This document shows positions 50,586 through 63,650 of a stretch of DNA of 64,000 nucleotides, piece by piece. The notes beneath the pieces were generated by a model. It saw only the letters and a list, made by a program, of their open reading frames with translations, was not told where the DNA came from and did no database searches. The position numbers and the translations under genes were made by a program. The first letter of the stretch is position 1, and every line of letters starts with the position of its first letter. Origin of the DNA: Lytechinus pictus (Eukaryota); contig NC_087246.1 in assembly GCF_037042905.1 (NCBI RefSeq), positions 32,488,001 to 32,552,000 of the forward strand, given 5' to 3'.

Positions 50586-53500
50586 ATGGTTGTCAAGGTT
50601 TACGTCGATCTCCTTTCGCAGCCTTGCCGCGCTCTTGTCATCTTCCTCAAGAACACCAAAATCCCGTTCGAAATTGAGAAAGTAAATTTGAAGGCTGGTA
50701 AGCATTATAATTAAATTTTCTTACGTATTTCCAAGGGATTCTAACACTTTTGTTGACATTATCGATGTCAAAGGTACTTCATAAAATGATTAACGATTAA
50801 AGATTGTGTTAATCCTAAACATCTCTGGTCAGATGTACCACTTTCTCATATATATCGATAATCATACTACTATGATTGTAAGACTGGAAATATGAAGAGT
50901 AAACCTGATGTATACATGTAATTTCGCAGTTGTACTGACGAAGTTGACTCGAAATCGATCAAAGCTAGCCTTGTTTCTAATATACTATATCTGTGAGTTT
51001 GACGTCGCTTTGCATGGTGTGACTGCAGTAATAATGCTATAGTCACATCAACCAAACCGAAAGGATTTCATTAAAAATAGGATTGGTGGTTCTGGCCCGA
51101 ATTTGGTATCGAATGCGTGACTGTGCCATTAGCATGATTAGTAAGCAGATGGCAGAAGTGTTTTGGTCATTCCTAGAGAACGGTATAGGACATCGTCGTT
51201 GTGATCTGTCAGTCCTAGTTGTAAACCTTTTATTTCGAGCCATGTTGCCATCAAGAAGGGATCAATCCATCCCGGGATGGGAGAGGGGGGGGGGGGCATT
51301 CCCATTGACATGTGGATACCAAATTGTCAAAAAACGCGCAAAAAATTATATCATTTTCAAGAATCAGGGTATCAGAAACACTCCCATGCTGGAAAAGGGA
51401 TACATATTGCGGCAACCTACGTGATTAGGGTTTGATCTACAAGGGTATGAAGGAATAAGAATATATTAAAAAGGGTACCTTTTTGCCAGCATTACGCGTT
51501 TAGGGTCCGATTTACCCCGCGATTTACCCCGAGTCGATTTATGTTATTTTCATTTCACTTATTGTTTCTGCAACCTTTCAATTTCATACAAATTAACAAA
51601 GAAAATACATATTTCATTACAAAATATTTAACAATACAAAGTCGTATTTTCTATAACACAATGATTCAAGAAGGCTGCTGGGGTTGCCATTATTTAGTTT
51701 GACTGCGTGGCAACCGTGGAAAACAATCACGAATTATATTTAATAATACAATCTTAATGTAAGAATGCAGAATGGGGTGTATTGCGAGTGAAATGCACAA
51801 GACTTACATGGAACAGAGCAGTGATGCTCTTTGTTGGGAATATGGTATCTTTCTACTTTCCAGAATAAAAATTCTTCGTATTTTATTTATTTATTATTAT
51901 TTTTTTTTTTTTTTGGGGGGGGAAGGATATCATTTCTTACCCAATACTTGCTTAGTTCGGGGTTCTTTTATAGCTATTGTTAAGGGCGGGGTGCGTAACC
52001 AATATACTTTTGGAGGGTAGCGTTTCACACTATACTGTACTTGTAAGTGGTGTGTTTTTAGATCATTGAAAATACGTGTTCAGTGTATGTTTTAAACCCC
52101 CCATGGATATGCATGATATCCACTGGTCAATGGAACTACCTTCTCCCTCCTCATCAGGCCAGTCATAATAGTACAACATAAATTTACCTTTGCATTCCAT
52201 TAACTATTAAAAAGAGGTAATTTTTCTGGAGGGGGGGGCAGGCATCCATGGGATTGACCTTTTTGGATCAACGTTTTGGTCACGTATTTTTTGGCAGCAT
52301 CTATAATACCGTACGTACGATCTTTTTTGATGGGGGAGGGGGTGAAATTATATTGAAGTCATCCAAGTTTGTTCAAATGCCTCTCAAGTTTTCTTTATTA
52401 TCAGCAGATTAAATAGGCCTGCATGTTTGCCTTTTCTTCTTGAGTCAATAGTCGTGCTTTGAACAATCATTATTATCCACATGTAAATAAAGTTAGTAAG
52501 CAAACAAAATTTGCAAGTCATGTTTGCTATAAAATGTCACTTGCACCTGTATGAAACATCCATTAGTTTTGGGGAGCTTAACTTCAGTTGAATCATCTTT
52601 TTCTCCGAGGTACTGCCCTTTTTCATGTTTGTACATGCTCAAAAATATCCTGGCTTTGCTTGTTCATTCATTCTTTCTCAAATATTCGGTCTTTTGTTAA
52701 ATTATTGATTTATAATAATTTCATCTCATCGCGTTTACTTCCATTTCCAACCATCACAATAAGTCATCTTCTACCGATCTTTATAATACACTAAATGCAA
52801 AACTTGAGTACAAAATAGTCAGGACAAGTATGCAACAGGTTGGGGATGGAGGAGGCTGCTAAAAAAATAAAAGTCGAGTTTGTAGAGGACAGTCTCATAT
52901 TAAAAGCATTCTTAGAAATAGTATAGATCAAAGGAAAATAACATTTAAAAAAATAATCTACAAAATGACAAGGAGAGCATATTAAAGACTTATCTACACT
53001 TTTAAAATGTTGGGCAACATACTGTCGACCACACAACAATTGGTTACAAAATTTATCAAATTCTGGGTAGTTTTCAACCAATACTGTGTAGTTTCCACCC
53101 AAAGCACACATTATTGGTTTAAAACTACACAGAATTGGATAAAGTTTTAACCCATTGACGTGTGGACAGTATGTTGCCCAATATTTTCTAAGAGTGTGTA
53201 AAGAAAAATAACAAGAAAGACAAGAACATGAAGAAGAGAGGAAGAAACTTTCCGAATCTTGCACCGACACTCACTATGAAACCCAATGTTTTAATTCATA
53301 AAAAACTAATTTCTATTAACCCGTTTAACAAAAATTATTTATGAATTCATTCATCTATTCATAATTTTGTTTGTGATTCCGTTTTTCAGGAGAACATAGG
53401 AAACCTGACTTTGTAAAGATAACCCCTCTCTGCACTGTTCCAGCTATCCAAGATGGTGACTTCAGCCTGGGAGAAACGTAAGATCTATTATCGTATTTTT

Positions 53501-55750
53501 CTTCGTGCTACTCACATTTCTTGTTTCTTTGATAAAGGGGGATGATTACAAAATATATATTATTTTGTTTCAATGATGACGACGTTCAAATGGTGAAACG
53601 ACACATTAATGAGGTCCAATAATTACTATTGGCAAAAAATAAAATATCAATGACGATACTGGTAATCATGGTGATAACGTAAACAGATGATTATGCCAAA
53701 ATTAATTATGATAAAGATAATCCGTGCAATGGTGTTTTAATTAAATCATTACAGAATGCTCAGTTCAGTTGCTCTGTTAAAAAGGAGACACAAAGAAATA
53801 TACATTTACGCACATACCCACAAAGAAATACTGAAATATCGTTTTTTTGCAGAGTGGCGATTATCAAGTACCTGGCGACCAAGTATGCAGACCTAGTCCC
53901 TGACCACTGGTACCCGAAGGATCTGGAGAAAAGAGCCAGAGTTGATGAATACATGGCATTTCATCATACAGGAACAAGAGGGGGATGTTGTGGAATCTTC
54001 ATCAGTGAGGTGAAAAGCACTATTAAGAGTTTTCCATCTTTCTGGATTTTCGGTTACACAGTCATGGGGGGGGGGGGGTGTGGACTGAAAATTAAAACAC
54101 ATCGGTCTAAGGCTTCATAGAAGGGGCCCACTTGCTTGTGCGTAAATCACTTTTGTTTGAGCAGGGGAATGGTTATTCATCGTAGCTGTCTGTTCATAGT
54201 CTGCAGGCGCAGACCCTGATTAAATATTTGATCAATAAGTGTGTCTCCACGCAAAGACTAGCACATACAAAACTTGCTGTTTCAATTCAATTCATGAGCG
54301 AGAAGGGCCTTCGGTATACAAGGCATGAATAGGCTGCACATTCAGACCCTTAACTAGCCAGAGTGAAGGGTTTGCACAGCAGACTAGTCTGTTCATCAGG
54401 GCCCAGCAAAGGTCTAGTCCCCTTCCTCGGTGAATTGGTAAAGAGTCAACTAATAACAAAACCCGCAGAAGAAGGAGAAGAAGAAGAAGAAGAAGAACGG
54501 AAGTGATATGCTAATAGCAGTGTTTGATTCAACAAGTCGATATTTTTAATGTTCTTTTTAATACAGGTTCTCATCCCATTGTTTTCGGAAGGGAAAGAGC
54601 ATGCATCGGAGGAAAGGTTGAAAAGAGATACAGAGAATTTGACCAAACAACTTGATAAGCTGGAGAATGCTTTCTTACAGGACAATGACTGGTTGGTCGG
54701 AGTTGACATCTCTGTGGCGGATGTGCTTGCCGTTTCCGAGGTAAAACGGCAACAACAAATAGAAAAAAAGTGTACCACCAAAATCTATTAGGCTGTTAAT
54801 TAATTTTTTTTGTAAATGGGCAGAAAATATGCTGAAAATGTCATTGAATATTGCTAGAACGATATAATACATAGAAATGCCAACAGGGAAATATTTTGGA
54901 GTTTGTCATGCAAAGAGCAATATTTTGGGGTCATCTGAAGATTTTTGTTTACATGAAGTAATCTATAAAAAAAAGTAACATACTATACGTTAATTGCATA
55001 TTTCATTTATAAACATCATCATGTATGCTCATTAAGTGATTAAATAGCCTCCCATATATGAATCGCATAAAAGCAAATTAAGTAATGGTTAAATTCAAAC
55101 CTCTTCACTCCAAGAAAAATAGTTTCTATTTTCCCCTTTTTATGTGATTTTTTTCCTGATAACTTACTGTGGACCAGTGCCATATACTGGGAGCCTTGTA
55201 GGTTGCAATTTGCACCTTCTTCCCTTTAATGAAAGGTGCACAATTTCACATTAAATGTATACCCCGGTGTGACATCGGTAAGATCACTGGCGGATCCAGG
55301 GGGGCACAGCCGGCCCGTGCCCCTCCCCCTTTTAAGAGGCACAATTAAAATTCGTAATATAAAATGCCGTTAAAACAGAAGTGTCCCCTCCTTTGAAAGT
55401 GAAGACCCTTTTTTTCATTTTTTTTTTGCTCGTCAAATTTTTCCTCGGGAAAATGTGCCCCCCCCCCTTCGAAAAATCCTGGATCCGCCCCTGGGTAAGG
55501 GCTAAGTTGGACATATATAATTTTACAATAAATAATATTTCTTAACAAATAGGCACTATTATGCATAGTTATTGTTAATTTACTTTTTTTCAACGATCAG
55601 ATGATGCAAAATACCATAAACGGACGTGACGTCACAGAGGGGCGACCGAAGCTCAGAGCTTTCGTAGATCGGGTGAAGAATCGTCTTAACCCAACCTTTG
55701 ATGAAGTCCACGAAGTCTTGTATGCAAGGAGGGATAGCTACGAGAAATAA
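50586..55750 (+). CDS. Glutathione S-transferase theta class, gene 3 (5 exons, 226 aa)
   Basis: Exons 50586-50697, 53390-53477, 53853-54009, 54567-54740 and 55601-55750, GT-AG, 681 nt in frame. Confidence 0.92.
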
Positions 55751-56960
55751 ATTTTCTTCATAACATTTGTTTTGAATAAATTCAAGAAGCTTTGCTTGGC
55801 ATCAGAAATTATTATCACCCCTCCCCCCCCTCTCTCTCTCTCTCTCTCTCTTCCTCTATAAACTTTTTTTTCTGTCTTTTCTTCTCTGTATCCCTGTCTC
55901 TCCCTCCAAATGTCTCTTTCTGTCCCTGGATAATTATATTGAACACTGCTGAAATACATCCAATTGCCATATCTTTTATTGCAAAGAACCATTTTCGTCG
56001 ACTTTTTAATAGACCAGATTGTCAACTTCATTTCCATGAAACGATGCATCACATTATGTAACCATTTAGTAAATAGTAATGAGGTGAAATACTGGTAAAA
56101 TACTAATCGAGGTTAGCCCCAATATATAATGCAATAGTATTAATAATTTAAAACAATAATTTCAGCTAATGTCAGTAAGTACAATCATCATCTTCAGTAT
56201 TAATTCTACTTATTATTGGTTCAGATAATTGTCATCTTTAACGAACGTATTTCAAAAATTAACAGTATACATATATCTTCTGTATTCACCAAAATTATGC
56301 ACTCTAAAAAATATTGGGTAAAAATGCTCCATGAGGGTAATTATTAAACATTGGGCATTTCTTTTGGGCATTTTTATTTATCCTGTGTGATGCAAATGTT
56401 GCCCATTCTAAAGTAATTGCTGCTTATTTGTAACCTTACTGGACAATATGCTTCCCGCATTGGGTCAAATACTGCCCAAAAATTGGTTGGAAACATAATT
56501 ACCCTTGTGCTGGTTAAGATTTTACCCAATATTTTTTTACAGTGTACAGAAAGTACTTGTTTAGGCAGTGTATACAAGCATCTAATTAGTTATATTCCTC
56601 CAACAGCATTATTTTGAACAATTTTCTAGATATTATGCTTCGGATGTTTTTTATTTATATCACTTGCAGATAAATTTCTTAAAATAGGGTAAAAAAAGAA
56701 ATTGATATTGTTTCGCTAATTTGTTGTTAAGATTCACATTTCGCTTTTTTTTTTGTTCCTTGATTGTAGCGATAGTCAATAATGTAAAATAATCAACAAA
56801 TCTATGCAGAAACAGATTATGAATTAAATCGTGCATAATAAACTCCTATCAAAATATTTGCTTGATTTGTACGCCAGTAGATCGGAAACGTGTGTTTATG
56901 GACAAATAAAGTGAGATTGTTTTAATTTATGAATTTTCGTAGTTCTCTGTACATTCTGTA

Positions 56961-57191
56961 CACAGCAAAAACTGTGGTGTTAACCGGTTTGCACAGAGGA
57001 CCACGACAGTCATTTTACACCGGTGTTGAATTGACAGTGTTAGTTTAATACCTACAGGTGTTATTACAACACCTTTGGTTGTTACATTTACACTCTTTGG
57101 TGTTCAATCTACAGGGTGTAATTTTAACACCTCAGGGTGTGGTCCTCTATTAAGACCAACTGGTGTCAGTTTTAACACAGTTTTAACAGTG
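56961..57191. mobile_element. TA-flanked MITE (family C); inverted copy at 62428-62666
   Basis: TA|CACAGCAAAAACTGTG...CACAGTTTTAACAGTG|TA. Empty site CATTCTGTACATG in unit 1 at ~48925-48935. Confidence 0.85.
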
Positions 57192-57442
57192 TAGATGTTC
57201 GGAGCGAAATATAAATAAAATCGGACAATGCAAAGATATTTTCCATTATTCATTTTATTCGTTTCATTAAAATCACACAACGTAAGATAATTTTTCCTTG
57301 AAAAATTAATCAAACGACAAAAAAATGCTTGCATCATTTAATCGAGAACCGGTGTGATTTTGCATTAACTCTTGAAAAATTCAGCGAATTAGTACTTTGT
57401 TCATCACTCGGGACTATAAAACAAAATTCAGTGTATCATCTG

Positions 57443-57713
57443 GGCCCCGTCTTACAAAGAATTGAGATTAATTTGATCAATCGCAACTATGGACGGCCAG
57501 CAAGGTCAACATATAAAATACATGTTTGTTAAAATAAAATTTTTAGATATGAATGTATATCAATAAATTCATTGATTTATTGACAATTCGGTGTGTTCTC
57601 CTTTGTTTACAAGGACATCTTACAAATTTCCTGTAGAAGAAATTATGACACTGATGGATTTCCATAGAGTTACGATTGATTTGATCGATCGTAACTCTTT
57701 GTAAGACAGAGCC
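57443..57713. mobile_element. PIF/Harbinger-like MITE (family B, copy 2)
   Basis: CTG|GGCCCCGTCTTACAAAGA...TCTTTGTAAGACAGAGCC|CTG. Empty site in unit 1 at ~49208. Confidence 0.85.
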
Positions 57714-59267
57714 CTGGTTTTGCAAATCTTTAAAAAAGTTGTATTTCATAAATTCATGAGAAGTTGACATTTATCAGCAATGCATGCAGGCTGCAGCAAC
57801 AGATCATACGCGCAATTCTTGTCTAAAACACGTTCCTGTGACACCTATAAGTTCACAATTAACACATTGTACATCAGCTCAAGTACACCATTCCTTTTGC
57901 TGCATGAACGGTGTGTTCCCAAGAGCTATCCGTATTTGATAAATTCTCCCAAAAGCTGATGTAAACCCAGCCTACATATATAGTTGGATTATGCAGTGAG
58001 TAATGATAATATCGAAATACATAAATAGAGAGCAAAATTTCAAGGAGCAGACAGTGAACTTATTGAACTAAAGTTCAGCGATATTTTAAGAAAGACGTGC
58101 ATATGCATAGGTGGGCTGATGATGTCATATCCCCATTTACCTTTTTCTAATATTGACATTAGGAGGGTGCAGCCGACAAGCTTCGCTTCTTATAGCAGCC
58201 TCCTCCATTCCCAACCTGTTCATATGATAATTTTGATTATAATTATTGTACATAGAAATTTGCTGTTATGTTTTCCTGCTTTAAATTGTATATCAAAATG
58301 TACGAAACAAATGGCTAATGTTGGAATGGAAATAAACGTTGTCATATACGTTAAAACATCTTCTCCCTTGTAGCAAAATAAGTTTCAGCTGCAATTGGTT
58401 TACGCAATTTTGGTCGATCCTATTTTTTTTAAAACATTCTTTGATGACAAACTGAAGAGAAATACAAAAAAAAAAGAGTGGGGTAGTGTCATCGCTCGCT
58501 CATTGCACATTTTATGAGGCCATGTACATATAGAACTGTTTCAACTAAATAATGCCCAAAATGAACTGTCATGATACTTAGTAACTTTGTTATTCCTTGT
58601 CCTATTTTGATGAAATCTTCAGTGTTCTGTTTGCCTGATTTTACTCTATTCTAGTCATGTAATTTGCAGACTGGAAATCCTCTTTGAAGACATGTAGCTC
58701 CCAATTAGAATATAAGTTAGCTGTACCTTATAAGAATTACTTAAGGTAATTTTGCCTGATCATGGTCATAAAAACGAAAGCCAATATGCAAAAACTTAAT
58801 TCCGACAGATACAAGTATCTTTCAAAGCTCTTTTAAGTGTATAAGGCTTATCAACGGAATGAGACAAAACTGAGAAGTGAAAGTTTCATGACAGATCTGA
58901 TAAAAAATTAGAAAATTCATGACAGTACGTTGGATGGTTCGGTAAATCAATCGACTGAGGAATACATTTAGGCCTATACATAGTTTCCTCAAACAAATTC
59001 ATTTTCATCTGCTGCCAGCCGTAGCATTAAACACAGTATAGATTAAAACACCTATGCTTTAAGAATATTCAGTTGGGTAATATGTATGATAAAAATAATT
59101 CAAAATGCAGACATTATTCTCAAAATTACTTTCAAAAGAAATTGGGAAATGGACCCCGAAGAAGACCTAAACATCTAAGCTGTTATACCCACACCTTCAT
59201 TGCGCTAATTTACCTTCTTTTAGTATAATCCATTTTTAGTAACTTAATTTCAGTGTTCCTAGACCTG

Positions 59268-59396
59268 GGGCCCGTAACACAAAGCTTAGCAATGATCGTA
59301 GAACATTTTTCTACGATTAATTCCATTGGCTACAATGTACAATCAATCGTAGAAATCAAGCGTACGATTAATCGCTAACCTTTGTGTTACGTGACC
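59268..59396. mobile_element. Short Harbinger-like MITE
   Basis: CTG|GGGCCCGTAACACAAAG.TTAGC / GCTAACCTTTGTGTTACGTGACC inverted ends. Confidence 0.65.
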
Positions 59397-59551
59397 CTTA
59401 TGTCATTCGTTGACTAACAAAGTATAAAACTTTGAAAAGAAAACATCAAGAATGAATTGACATCACACTTACTTGATTATTAAAGCTGGAACTGATCTAA
59501 CCCATGCATGTTGGATTCTAAATCGGGAGCATCAGCAAATAGACCCCGAGA

Positions 59552-61394
59552 ATCATTCTGCATCCTTTATGTCATATTTTTAATTTATCACTATCTTCTG
59601 CCATAGTTCCTTCTAAAATGAAAATCTCAAAAGTTATTCCTGTACATAAAAAAGGTGATCTACATGATGTCTCTAATTATCGTCCCATTTCACTACTACC
59701 ATATTTTTCAAAGATTTTAGAAAGAATTGTTTATAATCGATTATATAATTTTCTTAACTGCAACTCTCTTTTAAATGATGTGCAATATGGATTTTTAAAA
59801 AATGTTTCCACTGAAATGGCCCTAATTAACTTACATGATTATGTTATCAACTCACTAAATAAAAAATTACACACTATCGGAATATTTTTAGACCTTAGCA
59901 AGGCTTTTGACTGCATTGATTATAATATACTTTTACACAAATTACAGTTTTATGGAATTAGGGGTCATGTATTAAGTTGGTTTCAGAATTATTTATTAAA
60001 TCGTGTGCAATACGTATCATATAAAAATGTTTTATCTGAACCATTAAATGTTTTATGTGGTGTGCCCCAAGGATCAATCCTCGGACCGCTATTATTTCTA
60101 ATATTTATTAATGATTTACCAAAATGTTCAGACAAATTGAAATTTTTGTTATTTGCGGATGATACCAATATTTTAGTTTCTGATAATACACTACAATCTT
60201 TGAATAATGTTTTGAATCAAGAATTACCTCATGTAACCGCATGGTTTTACTATAACAAACTCTCTTTGAATATGGATAAATCGAACTATATATTATTTCA
60301 TGGACATAATAGAGTAAATGATATTGAAGTATTAGATATTAAAATGAATAATCAAGTTATCAAACGTGTAAGTAATTCAAAGTTTTTAGGCGTTTTAATT
60401 GACGAAAGACTTTCATGGAATAATCACATAATGGATGTGACAAATAAAATATCTAAGAATATCGGTATCATCCGCAAACTTAGTGATTTCTTGCCTCAAC
60501 ACATTCTTTTAACTTTGTATAATACCTTAATCTTGCCTTACTTGTCTTACTGTAATGTAGTGTGGGCAAATACATATCCTTCAAAACTAGAAAGATTGTT
60601 TATTTTACAAAAAAGAGTAATCCGAATATGTTCATTTTCTCACAGATTGGCCCACACTAAAGAACTTTTCGTGAAATTCAATGTTCTAAATATCTATCAA
60701 CTCAATTCCTACTTTTGTGCAAAATTAATTTTTAAACATAAACATAATATACTCCATAATTCAATATCGTCTATGCTTGATTTAAATGTTAATATTCATG
60801 ATTATAATACAAGAAACAAAAATAAATATCACTTATGGACTGTAAATAAAAATTATGTATTATTCTCATTTAGACACCATGCTCCAGCTGTTTGGAACAA
60901 TCTTCCAATTGAAATAAGATCAATCGGTTCAACGAACGCTTTTAGCAGGAAATTGAAACTATATTTAATCAATAGTGTGTGAAAGCAAGGATTTTTACTG
61001 CCTTTGTGTGTTTATGTATTGGGTTTGTGCGGTTAAACGTGTTTTAACTTATGTTTATAGTATTACATGTACATGTATTATCAAATGATTTCAGTTATTG
61101 AATTAAATTTTAAATGAGCATTTTATCAAATTTGTAATTTCAATTTGGCTTATTTTATTTTTTTATGTAAGGGTGGTTATCTCGACAAACCTTGATAGGT
61201 TTTTATGACCACCTAATTCCAATATTGTATCTCTCTATTGTCATTTGTATCTGTTTAATACTTGTTTTACATGTACCTTATATTTTCTTGCCTTATTATT
61301 GCACATTGTATTTGTTATTACTGTATTCTATACTCTGTATTGATTTTTATTGGAATTGAATAAAACATTGAATTGAATTGAATTGAAAATTGAA
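59552..61394 (+). mobile_element. 5'-truncated L2/Crack-type LINE with uninterrupted RT ORF (to 60982)
   Basis: NYRPISLL, QYGF, DLSKAFD, GVPQGSILGPLLF, FADDT and FLGVLID motifs; AATAAA and an (ATTGA)n tail at ~61359-61394. Confidence 0.92.
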
Positions 61395-61707
61395 ATCTGC
61401 TCAATATAAACTAGAAATTTGAAGTAACAGAGTTGGAATGATATAGGTCACTAGGCCAAACCTACGAATCAACCCTGCTGAAAAAAAAGTATCATATAGT
61501 GTTATCACAGTGTATTCACATAGTGGGCTATGTGAAAATATTATTTACACTGTTAAAACGCTCAATTTCAACAGTGTGAAGATATTTTCACACTTTGGAC
61601 GCTCGACGGTCACACTGTGGACACTCGACAGTGCGACTGTTCACAGCGTGTTCACATGGTCGACTATGAGAATAAAGGCCACCGCACACCTTACGACTGT
61701 TCGCGGT

Positions 61708-62017
61708 CGCATACATTCGTAATTCCGAAGCTTCGTTATTCGGAAGGTTCGGTTATTCCGAAGGTTCGTATTTCCGAAGGTTCGTAAATCCGAAGGTTCG
61801 TTAGTCCGAAAACGAAATGAGGTTCGTAATTCCGAAGGTTCGTTAATCCGAAAACGAAATGAGGTTCGTAATTCCGAAGGTTCGTTAATCCGAAAACGAA
61901 ATGAGGTTCGTAATTCCGAAGGTTCGTTAATCCGAAAACGAAATGAGGTTCGTAAGTTCGTGTTTCGGAATTACGAACCTTCGGAATAAAGAACCTTCGG
62001 AATTACGAAGTGTCACC
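61708..62017. mobile_element. Foldback/Mutator-like element with (TTCGTAATTCCGAAGG)n arms, copy 2
   Basis: Same termini as 35842-36307. Exact 9-bp TSD GTTCGCGGT at 61699-61707 and 62018-62026. Confidence 0.88.
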
Positions 62018-62427
62018 GTTCGCGGTCCGATTTTAGAACAAATCGCATATTGATCATTTTCTGAAAAAGTGAAGGGAACATATCATTTTATTTCATATAT
62101 TGAAGAAGGCTGAGCATCGACATTTTTATTATATATAGACACTCAAAATGCTGGGCAACATACTGTCCACTGTTTTGGGAAATGTAATTTTCGTAATATA
62201 TATATATTCTGGGCAATTATTATCCAATTGAGCAAATTTATTACCCGATTATTAGTTTTTACTATCCAATTTGGTCAGATTTTGTGGACAGTATGTTGTC
62301 CAGTGATGGTTAAAAAAAATTGGGCCTTTTTGCCTAACCTTTTTAAGAGTGTACTGTACATCGTAGGACCTGCGTCATTACTATTTTACCACTGAGTTCT
62401 ACACGATATAGGCTTACTGTCAGTATA

Positions 62428-62666
62428 CACTGTAAAAACTGTGGTGTTAAAACTGACACCAGTGGGTGTTAATAGAGGACCACACCCTCTGGTGTTAAAA
62501 TTACACCCTAGAGATTGAATATAACACCAAAGAGTGTACATGTAACAACCAAAGGTGTTGCAATAACACCTATAGGTGCTAAACTAACACTGTCAATTTA
62601 ACATCGGTGTAAAATAACTGGTGTGGTCCTCTATGTACACCGGTTAACACCGCATTTTTTGCTGTG
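62428..62666. mobile_element. TA-flanked MITE (family C) upstream of GST gene 4
   Basis: Reverse-complement homologue of 56961-57191 with TA flanks. Confidence 0.85.
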
Positions 62667-62992
62667 TATGTTCAACCAAAGGCAGAATTTGTACGAAGGT
62701 AATATAACGATCCAAGTGAACACGTTTAATAGTGAAAAGACTTCAACTAAATACGTTTTATATCGCTATGCACCAAAACACTCCTCTATTTCGAAACCAA
62801 CTCATTAGTTATTCCACAATCTCAAAGTTCGGCCAGTCATGTGATCACTTGGATCCAAGTTGGATCGTTATATTACCTACGCGACATCGGCGCGACATAC
62901 GTCTGGAGAGAAGATCTTGCTTGATTATCATCGTCAAAGGACATGCAATTTCTTCGAATCCACGTCTGACAAGAAAAAAAAAACTCTTCATC

Positions 62993-63104
62993 ATGGTTGT
63001 CAAGATTTACATTGATACGCTATCCCAGCCTTGCCGATCGCTCATCATCTTCCTCAAGAACACCAAGATTCCGTTCGAATTGGTAACGGTCAACCTCCGA
63101 GATG
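62993..63104 (+). CDS. Glutathione S-transferase theta class, gene 4, exon 1 (remainder presumably beyond the window)
   Basis: MVVKIYIDTLSQPCRSLIIFLKNTKIPFELVTVNLRD/G; 112 nt followed by a GTAATA donor, the same length and phase as exon 1 of the other three genes. Confidence 0.85.
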
Positions 63105-63650
63105 GTAATACTTTTCTTATTATTTTGCAAAATATGTGGGATTTGTTGCTGTTCGATATCAATATGATTTATTAATCTGTAGGACTATCATCTTTATCAT
63201 ATTCATTCATCTGATTACCGCTCGCGAAAGGGTTCCTTCAAATCTCTCAATATTACATGAACCTTACAGAAGTTGTTAAACAGTTTATCATGTTTAAACA
63301 ATCATGTGTAATTTATTGAAGATTTAATAAAAAATTAACTTTGTTGTTTTCGTTTTCAAACATTCGTTTAAACTTAAAGGACTACTATGGAGTTCATATA
63401 GTAGCCAGCGTTGTACAAAATTGGTCGGAAAAAATTTGAATAGCCCCCACCCACAAAAAAAGTGTTTCACTACAAAATGAAGGTAATTTTGGTTACATAT
63501 TTTTTTCATTTTTACACATCTTCCAGAATACTAGTACCTGGGGGTGCTGCCCATGGAGAATAATACACGCAGCCCCCCCCCCCCCCCAAGGAATTTTTGG
63601 GGGTGCCATGATTAACAAGCCAGAAGTGGATGGCGTGACCATTCAGATGC

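Larger units (their letters stand above)
38935..57930 (+). repeat. Recent tandem segmental duplication: unit 1 ~38935-49420, unit 2 ~49590-57930, each with one GST gene
   Basis: Promoters, introns and downstream sequence align throughout, interrupted by unit-specific insertions and deletions. Confidence 0.9.

Noticed and set aside
59618-60982. RT ORFs as host genes or retron/DGR-type systems
   Set aside because: Typical non-LTR RT motifs, 5' truncation, 3' UTR and microsatellite tails identify them as LINE copies.
62732-63175. 147-aa ORF as an N-terminally extended GST
   Set aside because: Similarity to the paralogues starts at ATG 62993 and ends at the donor after 63104; the rest is UTR and intron read-through.
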